Shown here piece by piece: positions 41,971 to 53,099 of a stretch of DNA of 64,000 nt. Position 1 is the first letter of the stretch. Each line of letters begins with the position of its first letter. The position numbers and the translations under genes were made by a program. The notes under the pieces are model-generated. The model was given only the letters and a program-made list of their open reading frames with translations. It had not been told where the DNA came from and ran no database searches. Source of the DNA: Octopus sinensis (Eukaryota); NCBI RefSeq assembly GCF_006345805.1, contig NC_042999.1, positions 94,488,001 to 94,552,000 on the forward strand. Direction: 5' to 3'.

Positions 41971-42612
41971 TGTTGTTGTTGTTGTTGTTTATAGAAACGA
42001 AAGAAAACACTCAATAGGAAGTCAATAGAACGCATTTCTAATCGCAATATTTGAAACGTTTTTTTTTCCTCCATTTAATCCAGATTTATAGCACGACATA
42101 ATGAAGTCATGAAATTTTCGTATTAATTTGTATTAAGACGCACATTAAATATACGCATGCAAGCAATACATAAATACCGATGGTGACATGAACATACACG
42201 TATATGTGTATATATATGGATATTTGTGTATATATATGTGTGTGCATGTGTGTGTGTGTGTATAAAAGGTATTGCTATATCTAAGGCGACATAGTTGTGG
42301 TATAATACACAGAGATAGCAGGGCAACGCTGTAGCAAGATGATGTGAGGGGGTATAATGCAAAGACAAGTAAGGCTAAATGAGGAGGAATGACCAGGTAG
42401 AAGAAAATAATACTTGAGAAGTAGCAATTGGCGATGGGGAAACCAAAATCTTGGAATGGAAGATGATAAAATTGAACAATGAGGATAAAATGCCAACACC
42501 AGCAGTGATAACCATGGAAATTCTGATGAAGGATTATAGGTCTTACTTAACTTATTAACACAAGAACTAGCAGCAAGCCTATATACACACTACACGCCAC
42601 CAGTAGGTCCTC

Positions 42613-42663
<51 letters not shown>

Positions 42664-42762
42664 CGCTATCTAATTATGTTTATCTATCTAATTATGTCTG
42701 TCTATCTATCTACCAATCTCTCACAAAACCATTAGACATTTTAACATTTGTACTTTTGAATA

Positions 42763-42898
42763 CAGGTCTATAGTTAAGAGATGAGGAATTATGTACATTA
42801 TTTACATTAAAATTCGACAGATTTTTTTTGCTCATCTTGTTTATTGTTAACACAATGTTTCGGCTGATATGCCCTCCAGCCTTCTTCAGGTGTCTTGA
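42763..42898 (-). mobile_element. PLE terminal-repeat (pLTR)-like segment carrying a hammerhead motif
   Basis: Contains the HHR motif at 42849-42894 and lies 3' of the minus-strand PLE ORF at 43340-44520. Confidence 0.6.
42849..42894 (-). ncRNA. Minimal type-I hammerhead ribozyme motif (variant, stem III damaged)
   Basis: Minus strand reads GACAC-CUGAAGA-A-GGCUG-(GAGGGCAUAU)-CAGCC-GAA-ACAU-U-GUGUU. Stem I is GACAC/GUGUU and stem II has 5 bp. Confidence 0.7.
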
Positions 42899-42907
42899 AT
42901 ATATCAA

Positions 42908-42944
<37 letters not shown>

Positions 42945-42945
<1 letters not shown>

Positions 42946-43194
42946 TATATTTGACTTTTGCTTTATGTTTGTACAAGTTGGCTCAAAGTCTCACCCAGAG
43001 ACCTCAAGAGACAACAGGTTAGAAGTTCACGTTGTTGTTATGCCAAGTGTGCCATATATTTGGGGTTTTTTGGTGTTGTACTAGTGAATGTCTAATAAAT
43101 ATATTTTTTTTAAATTGTTTGTTTTAAACCTTGAGATTACATATAGAGTATTTTGCGTAGGATATGAGCAGTTCCCATGAGCACTATCTTTTGA
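42945..43194 (-). mobile_element. Short R4/Dong 3' end, same subfamily as 41124-41632, between (TAA)n arrays
   Basis: Near-identical 3' UTR and final codons (IVLMGTAHILRKILYM*). Confidence 0.9.
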
Positions 43195-43219
43195 ATAATA
43201 ATAATAATTATTATTATTA

Positions 43220-43251
<32 letters not shown>

Positions 43252-43312
43252 GGAATCGAACTCGGAATCTTGGGGTTAGTAGCCTGCGCTCTTAACCACT
43301 ACGTCATATGCC
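43252..43312 (-). mobile_element. Isolated tRNA-like SINE head
   Basis: GGCATATGACGTAGTGGTTAAGAGCGCAGGCTACTAACCCCAAGATTCCGAGTTCGATTCC has A- and B-boxes and is truncated at (AAT)n. Confidence 0.7.
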
Positions 43313-43339
43313 TGTGGGCAATTATGGAGTGAATTTTAG

Positions 43340-44520
43340 GGCTTATAAATCTAATAATCTTCTATCCTTCCTTAATACCGGTTCCCATATGCTGCTCATA
43401 TCTACACTCGGTCTACTTAGAATATTGTTGTGTCCTAGCATATGTGCTGCTTCTTTTAGCTCGCGTATTTTCTAGTGGTGTTCTCTGTCTATTATTTTAA
43501 CTTCATCCCACAGGGGGAGGTACTCTCCATTTTTCCATACATGATCAGCGATACCCGATTTGTCAATATTACCTCGTGTCACAGCTTTGCGATGTTCGTC
43601 TACCCTTATTTTAAGGGAGCGGCATGTTTCGTCTTCGAAGAACCTACCACAGTTGCATAGGATGGAGTACACTCAGTCTTTGGTCATATTCTTTTCTATT
43701 GGTGGTTTTACTGGAAGGAGATATTTGTGAAGTGTTTTATTACTCATGAATACTCTCCTGATGTCATATGGGGCGCATATCTTTTGTATCTTTTCGGAGA
43801 AGCCTTTCAGACAGACTGCAGACAGTTTATTGGCCTCATCCTCTCTCTTCTTCATAATTGGAGTGGGTAATATAATATTGGGGTAGTTGTTGCTTAACAG
43901 ATCGTTATTGAGCTCATCATTTAGTAAAGGTCGGCTTGCGGTGTACGGATGTCCTGAATCCATACTTGGTGCGTGTTGTTAATACGTCCAGGAATGCTAG
44001 CTGATTGCCTTTTTCTTTTTCCATTGTGAACTGTATTGATGGTTTTATTGAGTTTACATGATCTAACAGCACTCGGATATCGTCCTGGTGAGGCCAGAGT
44101 ACAAAGGTGTCTTCAACATATCGTAGCCATAGTGTTGGTTTTAGTGGTGTTGATACTAAAGTCAAATTCTCAAAGTATTCCATTGTATATATTGGGTATT
44201 AACGGTGATAATGGCGAACCCATAGCTAAACCCTCCTCAAATCGATATATATCAGTTTCCATACTGAAGTAGGTAGTTTCTACACAGAAGGTCAACATTT
44301 CCATCAAGTTTCTAATTGGTATACTAGTCCGTTCTTTTGGATAGGTGTCTGTCAATAGTTTTTCTTTTGTCTCCGATAGTGCTTCGCCAGTTGGGGCTTT
44401 GGTGAACAGGTTTATCACATCTATACTCACCATCAGGCTGGTTTCAATATGAGTATTCTTGATCAATTCTGTAGAGTGGGTGGAATTCTTCACGTACGAT
44501 GTTGACTTTGTCAACATCAT
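43340..44520 (-). mobile_element. Penelope-like element: RT + GIY-YIG, frameshifted and internally deleted
   Basis: VSIDVINLFTKAP, EGLAMGSPLSPLIPNIY, WLRYVEDTF (YVDD mutated), IQFTMEKEKGNQLAFLDVL...VHRKPT, then YSILCNCG....ETCRSLKIRVDEH...SGIADHVW...WDEVKIIDRE. Confidence 0.93.
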
Positions 44521-44739
44521 TTTTCTACATTTTCTATCCCTTTTTCTTCGTTGCTCAATTCTCTCATCTTTCATTCTCATCTTTTTGTTTCCACATCGCT
44601 AATACTTCTCAAATATCACTTCCTTCAACCTGTTCATTCTCCTTAACTTAGCGTTACTTCTTTTAGCATAGTACCCCCTCTCACTATCCTACTAATGTTT
44701 TACCCTCTTATCTCCCTCTTTCTCTCACTCTCTTTCATA

Positions 44740-44883
<144 letters not shown>

Positions 44884-44889
44884 TATATA

Positions 44890-45080
44890 GTTGAAATTTA
44901 CTGAAAGACAGAGACAATTGTATAAAAACCAAGCAGGTGTATTATTTTGACGTTCGTAAAGGTCTGAAAGTCGTTTACGTTTTGAGCCGACGTTCTTCAA
45001 TGGGAAGGAATGTGATGAAATAAACAGAGAGAGAATAAAAATCTTGTGGTTTTATCGGTCAATCATGGCGACTAATTGGG
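44890..45080 (-). mobile_element. PLE-terminus-like repeat (decayed hammerhead-like motif at ~44972-45008)
   Basis: Homologous to 60821-60955 and 63110-63305; lies 3' of the GIY-YIG fragment at 45650-45930 and ends in (TA)n. Confidence 0.7.
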
Positions 45081-45129
45081 AAAAGATAGCTGGACAGGAG
45101 AGCTAGAAAGAATGAGAAATACTAAAGTA

Positions 45130-45650
45130 CTGATGATACCAAAAAGGTGTGCGTGCATGTGTATGTGTAAGTGTGTAAGTGTGGGTAGGATTTGGTGACT
45201 TTGACGTGTGGATGTGTGCGTGTGTGCATTTGTAATGTGTGGGTGTGTCAGTGCTAGCGTGCACGGAGTGGTGTGGGCGTGTGATTTGGTACGGTGTGTT
45301 GTGGTGGTGTGTGATGTGGTGTTCTGTGGGGTGGTGTGCTGCGGGGGGCGGCGGGGGTTGATGTGAGGGTACGGTGTGATGTGGGGTAAGGATGTGGGTG
45401 TGGGTGAGGATGTGAGTGGGGGTGAGGATGTGGGGGGATGGAGTGATGTTGTGGGGTGAGGATATTGGGTGAAGGTGTAGGTGTGGGGGTAGGGTTGTAG
45501 TATGTGGGAGTGAGATGAGTAGGGTTGGGGTGGATGGAGGGGGTATCAATGAAGGGAAAACATGGGTAGGAGAGATAAGAGGAAGAAGGTGTCATGGCAA
45601 GAAAGGAGAGGTAGGAAGAGAAGTAGTAGGTGTAAGATGAAGAGGGGGGA
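45130..45650. repeat. G/T-rich low-complexity tract with many G3-G6 runs on the + strand
   Basis: Directly visible, e.g. GTGGGGTAAGGATGTGGGTGTGGGTGAGG. Confidence 0.9.
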
Positions 45651-45930
45651 GTTGAGCCTATGTGACGCAAAGGAGTGAAGAGAGAAGATTAATTCCTGTT
45701 CCCAGTGACGGCGGGAGTTCGGATAGCCCCTGTGCAAAGACAATCCAAACTCAGACAGGTGTTGTAATCAATAACCTGTAGAGCGAAAATGGCGCGAGAC
45801 CGGAGTGTCATTACTGAGTCTAATATCTCGGAGGTGCTTCGCGAACCAAACGGCGTCCTGTCTTACCGATGTACGGAGAAGGGCAGAAAGAGCAGGAGAG
45901 GCAGTAAAGGACGTTGCTAAACGTGCTGGT
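45650..45930 (-). mobile_element. PLE GIY-YIG C-terminal fragment (Neptune-like)
   Basis: FTSTFSNVLYCLSCSFCPSPYIGKTGRRL, then HLRDIRLSNDTPVSRHFRSTG...WEQELIFSLHSFASHRLN. Confidence 0.85.
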
Positions 45931-46036
45931 AAATGAGTTAGTGTGATATAAGGGACTCACCACAAACCCATGAAAGTAAACACATAAATGTGAAACAAGG
46001 TGGAAAAAAGAGTACTCAAATACCAGTGGTAGAGTA

Positions 46037-46184
46037 ATATGCTTTATTTTAAGCAGCAGAAAATTCAACAAAATCTGTTACTCTGAGTTTCTCGTTGCCG
46101 TTCATCAGACAGTTTGGTCTGATGAACGGCAACGAGAAACTCAGAGTAACAGATTTTGTTGAATTTTCTGCTGCTTAAAATAAA

Positions 46185-46190
<6 letters not shown>
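46037..46190. ncRNA. Palindrome carrying two oppositely oriented minimal type-I hammerhead ribozyme motifs
   Basis: 74-bp arms (one G:T mismatch) and a 6-nt loop. Each strand reads CUGAUGA-ACG-GCAA-CGA-GAA-ACUCAGAGU-A-ACAG. The minus copy has stem I CUGU/ACAG. Confidence 0.8.
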
Positions 46191-46233
<43 letters not shown>

Positions 46234-46382
46234 ATAGATAAGTGTATTTTTACCTTGTTAACAATTAACACGGAAAAATAAATAAATAGTTACCAGGGCA
46301 GCAAAAATCTCACAAGTAAAGGTGTTGTAACTCCTTGTTTATAAAGGTAGAAACTTCGTGTTTACGTTGAATATTTTGAATA

Positions 46383-46682
46383 ATATGAATAAAAAAAAAT
46401 TGAGTTAACGCAGGTGTAATCAAATATTTTTACTTTCGACACATGTTTCAAAAATTCCACTGATACTATTCAAAAGAATAAATGGTATAAACAATGCAAA
46501 CTTTTTTTTTTTTTGCTAAAATGTCTTATTGACGAGTTTCGTTTTTTTCACTTTCCTGAGGAGAAGATTGCATTGTATATACCATTTATTCTTTTGAATA
46601 GTATCAGTGGAATTTCCGAATCATGTATCGAAACTAAGAATATTTGATTACACCTGCGTTAACTCCATTTTTTTATTCATAT
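46383..46682. mobile_element. Foldback/MITE-like element with ~120-bp inverted arms
   Basis: Arms ~46383-46503 and ~46564-46682 are largely complementary (GAGTTAACGCAGGTGTAATCAAATATT...AAATTCCACTGATACTATTCAAAAGAATAAATGGTAT), with a ~60-bp spacer and TA at the ends. Confidence 0.85.
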
Positions 46683-46699
46683 ATATATATATATATTAT

Positions 46700-47130
46700 C
46701 GTTTAACTTTCACGGGTTTGAGCCAGCGGCCTCAGCCATACTGATTCACCTTGGACGTTGCCGCTCTTCTCTGTACATCTTGCCCCGATGTGGGTTCATC
46801 CGGGATTGCAAGTGAAAAAAAATGTCTAGACGTTTTTGAAGATTTCTATGTCCGTACCTCGCAGATCCCTGATGTCCTGTGGTAGGGCTTTAAAGAACTG
46901 TGGTCCCTTAAATCCAAACCTACTACAATATTGTGTTCGTATCCTCGATGAAGAAGATCGGCACTTTGATACTCTGTAGTGCCGTCCAGTTCAGGGATTG
47001 TTGTAGCTTTCTATTCCGAAGCTTTGAGTTATTTTCCATATGTATAGCACTGCATATCTCTCACGTCTCATCTCCGGGAGTAGAGTCCCAATTCCTTTAA
47101 CCTCTCCCAGAAGCCCTTATGTTTTACTGA
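46700..47130 (-). mobile_element. CR1-group LINE 3' end relic
   Basis: FWERLKELGLYSRR near its 5' part and IPDEPTSGQ..QRRAATS near its 3' end, typical of CR1-like C-termini. Confidence 0.75.
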
Positions 47131-47202
47131 GTCTAGCATATATATATATACATACACACTCACACACACACACAAACACACACATATATATATATATATA
47201 TA

Positions 47203-47237
<35 letters not shown>

Positions 47238-47327
47238 GAGGCAAATGAATACACGAATACACACCTACACATATATTCTGTTTTATAACTATATGCGTTT
47301 ATCTAAATATATATATACATATGGATA

Positions 47328-47378
<51 letters not shown>

Positions 47379-47635
47379 TATATATATATTAGAAGAAATG
47401 AGGTAATCAGAAGATCGGCTGGTTTGTATTTACCGATATTATTTATATATTACATTTTTTACATATATATCATATCACTTAGTTCATATATATAAGCCTG
47501 CGCGCTTAGCCAGCGAGGTGGCGTCATTTGAAGGCTAAAACAATACGAAGCGCATTGTGAGCAGCGATATATAGCAACATCTGATAGCCTGGTCGGTCAC
47601 GGTGATATATATATATATATACAGAGTGAGAATGA

Positions 47636-47961
<326 letters not shown>

Positions 47962-48879
47962 TGAGCTAATCTGCATCTAAAAGATTTTTATATTTAGCGA
48001 CTGTGGGGTTTGGTGTCTATTTGTAAATGCGGCATTCACACATCAACATCGCATTGTACCCAGGAGCGTGTTATTGTTTGGGCTATGTGCCAATGATAGC
48101 TCATATCTTCCTGTGAATCCTAGACTGAATCTATCAATCAACTGTATTTCAAACTGGACGAACGCCATGACTAAACACGGGAATTAAAACATCTAAACGT
48201 GCACATGCGTACGTACAAGCACACACATATATGTGTGCTTATATATATATGTGCGTGTGTTTGTGTGTTTGTGTTCGTGTAAGAGGAGTAGTTGAGGCAC
48301 TTAATTATCAGTAGGTTACTTTATTCAAACATACTAAAATGTTTATTCGATTCTACATTCCTAGTTTTAGGTAGAGTGCTAAAATTCAAAAAAGAAAGTT
48401 AAAGTGCCGTCAGTCATTGTTGAAATATTTGTGGAAACCAGCAATTTAGAAAGTGACAACTTTTTAAACAATGCAAGATCTTTTGAAAGTTCTCGGCCAG
48501 AAGTTTTCAAGTTTACCAAAGTTAAAAGAAAATTCTGAACGTTTGTTACAGTATATGGACATCGCAATTCATATTATCTCAGAAAGTCAATGATGACCAT
48601 TTGGTGTCTGAGTGAGCTATCAGAACTGTGCGGCTTACAAAGGTAATTGTGTCAAATAATTGCTAAACATGATTAATACCCTCACGGACACATTGTTTGG
48701 GCCTTCTCTGATGACAAAACCTTGAGTACGATCCGACGTTTAACATTCAAAATGAAAATGGTTTTACGCAGATTCTTGGATGTCCTCGGTGTGACGCATA
48801 CTATTTCCAGTTTTGGGCAACGATGATAGTTTTAGGAGTAGTGTGTGGCAAATGTCATGTCAAATCAGATTTTTCACGT

Positions 48880-49070
48880 GGGTCAGAATTACTCCTGCTG
48901 GTTATGCTCAATGCGTCAAATATGTCTGCTTGAAGAACACTCGGGACCTCCTCACAACATATATCGAAGCCAAGAATGGGTATCAGACAAACTTGATGAT
49001 CATATAACGCTAAAGTGGTCAGATTTAAATCTTATGGACTACTATATTTGTACAAATATTTTCGAGAATT
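48880..49070 (+). mobile_element. Highly decayed mariner/DD37D-type transposase fragment
   Basis: EEHSGPPHNIYRSQEWVSDKLDDHITLKWSDLNLMDYYI resembles QQDSAPCH....QSWLSDNF.DHIT...SPD.NPLDYY and the 61 kb relic. Confidence 0.55.
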
Positions 49071-49364
49071 GAATCCATAGCTTAGAACCATGGAATCCAT
49101 AGCTTAGAACCGGTAGCTTCATTGAAGGCTAACTCTAAAACCCGTTGCTTGCTTGAACCCATAACATTAGGCTATCACTCTCCAGATGATGATAGAAAAT
49201 AAAAACGACCATTTAACTGAGGCATGGCAACAATTCCTATCCCGCACTGAATTGGTCACCAAAGGATTCATAGAGTAATCTTAAAAGAGAGCGTACCGAG
49301 TGCTTGTGCACAGATTCTTCATAATTTTTTTTCTTGTTGGATTACACCTGTATTCCTTAATTAG

Positions 49365-49365
49365 C

Positions 49366-49442
<77 letters not shown>

Positions 49443-49480
49443 CACAACACACACACACACACACACACAACACACACACA

Positions 49481-49545
<65 letters not shown>
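49365..49545. repeat. Interrupted (CA)n microsatellite
   Basis: Directly visible. Confidence 0.97.
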
Positions 49546-49558
<13 letters not shown>

Positions 49559-50206
49559 TCAGATGAATATGGTACTTAAGTTGAGGCACCAGAATTTAGT
49601 ACGGTATTATCCATACAATTTCAAAGTAAGATGTTTAAAATCAAATAGACAAAGAACATGCTGTCGCACTCCAGTTTAGAAGATGCTGAATTTTCAAGAA
49701 GATATACATTGTTACAGTCTCTGTCCGTTACTGATTTTTTTTTTTGTTTTTATGGGTCAGTTTTAATTTATAGACTAGTTTATCAAATCCCTTGTATATC
49801 TAATGCTGAGAGAACAGATGGCTGTATGTGTTAGGGGTAGGGCTGATGGACCAGACAGACATCGGACTCATAAAAATGAAGATTTATTAGAAGCAATATC
49901 CCTTTATCCCTTTACTAGTTTCAGTCACTGGACTGAGGTCATTCTGGAGCACCACTTTGGAGGTTTGGTAAAGGAAAACCTAAACGAAGATGTTAGCTGA
50001 TAATCAAGGGGTTCGTTTGTCTATCTCCCTAACTTCTTGGAGGTTTTAGGTATTGTGTTCATCTCTTCTAATTTAAATTCTATGTCTTTGTGCAGCTGAA
50101 GATTGGTCTGCATTTTAAATTGATGTAATGATTGCCTTGTTCAATTAAATGGAGTTGTATGAAACGATCGTACTGCATTACCTCTGGATACCTTTCTTGC
50201 TTATTT

Positions 50207-50276
<70 letters not shown>

Positions 50277-51769
50277 TGTGTGTGTTTACATGTAAAAATA
50301 TGCATATATATGTTATATGTATACATCCATGTATATATCTGAGTTTGTGTTTTGTGAAATTTCTTCTTTGATAACATTTATATGTACATTGTTTACTAGA
50401 ATTTTAATGGAAACGTCGAAGGAAAACATTCTTTATGATAATTTCCATACCAAATTATTGAAGCATGTGTAATTCATACAGCTTTTATAACATGGAGCAT
50501 TTATCAGGTTTTCAGTGTTAAAATAGTTTACTCAATAAATCAAAATTAGTATTCTTTAATTTCTTTGGGTCCATATTGGAAAATTAACATTTTTTTTTCT
50601 TAAATATATATCTTTATAGAAACAATAAAAATTTTTTCGTGAAGAAGTAACCCTATTGCATTCGATGTTTCCGCATCCATTTTTTTGTATGCGCATCCAT
50701 TTTTGCTGTAATAATGATATATGTGATATAAACTTTCGCAGAAAAGACAGTTACCAATTCTTTGACAGTTTACAAGATAATTAATTATTGATGTATGGAT
50801 TTAATTAGGTAAGAAAATTATTCCTAACAAGCCATATAAAAATTTTAAATATGAATTATCATTAAACATATTTTATTGTAGAATCAGATGAAATACATGC
50901 ATTTCATAATTAAGAACTTATGAAATCTCACGAAATTTTTATGTTTATAGAGACCTCAAAGTTCTAATTTTATCTCTTATTATTTTGAACATCAGTCAAA
51001 ATTCCAATTTTTGATAGCTACAATGTTTTTCACCACAACACCAACTCTAATCTAATTCAAGGCTTTCAGATCATGCCAGACTCATCCCTTTCATTGAAAA
51101 TGAAGTGTACTTTGCATCACAAACCAGCATTTTTATTTTCATTTTTAATTTTTTTTGCAATGATTGGAATGGATTGAGTGGGAACTGGGTCAAGTAATCC
51201 TATAAAGAGAACTTTACTAGCGCGAAGATACAACTGTATCAAGAGGAATAATATGGATTGAAATGGGTGATGTGCATCAATGATATGTATTTTAATGGCG
51301 TCGCATTGTTTAAAGAAAAATGCAGTAATTGAGTACAAAACTAAATAGAGCAATTCACTGAAACCAATGCTTTATCTTTTCTTTGAAAATAAGGACGGGA
51401 TGTTTTTAAAAAGAATTAGTGTAGGAGATTTCATCTATGTACGAGATTTCATCCAGTGTAGGAGTTTTCATCTATAAAGATAGCTGGAATTTCATTGGTG
51501 GGAAGGGATGTAAGCTTCGATCGAACTCAATTGAGTCCGATGAAAGCTAACACCCTTCAATAATAATGAAATGCAGGTTCAACAAATCAATTTCTTAATT
51601 TCTTACATTGGAAAGCACGATTTCTACGCAGTCTCGGTGCCAGTTACACATCGATTCAGTTCGTTTACGTTGAATAATACAATCTAAGAAATATAGAGCA
51701 ATGTAAAACTTGGAGAAAATCAATATTATAGTTATATGTAACAAGAAATATAGTTTTCAGTGGGAATTA

Positions 51770-51773
<4 letters not shown>

Positions 51774-51803
<30 letters not shown>

Positions 51804-51936
51804 CTTCTTCTTCTTCTTCTTCTTCTTCTTCTTCTTCTTCTTCTTCTTCTTCTTCTTCTTCTTCTTCTTCTTCTTCTTCTTCTTCTTCTTCTTCTTCTTC
51901 TTCTCCTTCTTATAATAATAATAATATTAATAATAT

Positions 51937-51980
<44 letters not shown>

Positions 51981-52020
51981 TATTATTATTATTATTATTA
52001 CTATTATTATTATTATTATT
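51774..52020. repeat. Pure (TTC)n of ~130 bp followed by (TAA)/(ATT)n
   Basis: Directly visible; source of the poly-Ser ORF. Confidence 0.97.
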
Positions 52021-52315
52021 GTACTCATCATCACTACGAGAAAGGGGGCAAGGATGACGATGCTGACAATTATGGTGAAAATGATGATGAAGAGGAGAAG
52101 AAAGAAAGAGCAAAAGGAAGGTATCTCTCTGAAAACACTTTCTTATCCGATATCTTTGGTTATAATTACAATTGCATAAATTCCATTTATCAAACTGACT
52201 CAATATTATTATGTGTGCAAACCTCAATATATGGCAACAAATGTGACTTCTTGCATGATAGCATTTGAGTATGATCGAAAGTTAGTTGGGAATATATAAA
52301 TTCACACAAACACAC

Positions 52316-52353
<38 letters not shown>

Positions 52354-52405
52354 ACACACGCACCCACACACATGCATATACATATATATATATATATATA
52401 TAATG

Positions 52406-52768
52406 AGTGTTTAGGGCAGCGGACTCGCGGTCATAGGATCACGGTTTCGATTCCCAGACCGGGCGTTGTGAGTGTTTATTGAGCGAAAACACCTAAAGCT
52501 CCACGACGCTCCGGCAGGAGATGATGGTGATCCCTGCTGTACTCTTTCACCACAACTTTCTCTCACTCTTACTTCCTGTTTCTGTTGTACTTGTATTTCA
52601 AAGGGCCGACCTTGTCACTCTCTATGTCACGCTGAATATCCCCGAGAACTACGTTAAGGGTACACGTGTCTGTGGAGTGCTCATCCACTTACACGTTAAT
52701 TTCACGAGCAGGCTGTTCCGTTGATTCGGATCAACCGGAACCCTCGTCGTCGTAACCGATGGAGTGCT
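52406..52768 (+). mobile_element. Family A SINE, slightly 5'-truncated
   Basis: Closely similar to 12000-12376, including CCCGAGAACTACGT.AAGGGTACACGTGTCTGTGGAGT. Confidence 0.88.
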
Positions 52769-53099
52769 TCCCCATAATGAGTTATACGTTTTCGATAATT
52801 TTCATTAGTAATTCACTTTATCACACAACCTTCGCTTCATTTATATGTATGTGTATATATGATGTACGCGTGAGTGTCTGTGTGAAAGATTGAGGTACGG
52901 GGAGCGTGTCTGTCTGTCTGCGCACGCGCGTATCTGTTAAAACATGTCAAGTTATATATAATACATGTATATATACATATATATGCATTATATAAATATT
53001 CTAGAATTATAACCATAATTATCAGGAGTCAGCTAATTGCTTCGCCACGCACCGAATGTAGAAAGAGAAGTTAAATTACTATTTTCTGCTACCCTATAT

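Noticed and set aside
51420-51480. Short repeated units (also 49071-49111, ~57608-57648 and ~62050-62150) superficially like CRISPR repeats
   Set aside because: Two or three tandem copies without unique spacers, no cas genes, and a eukaryotic context; these are simple local duplications.
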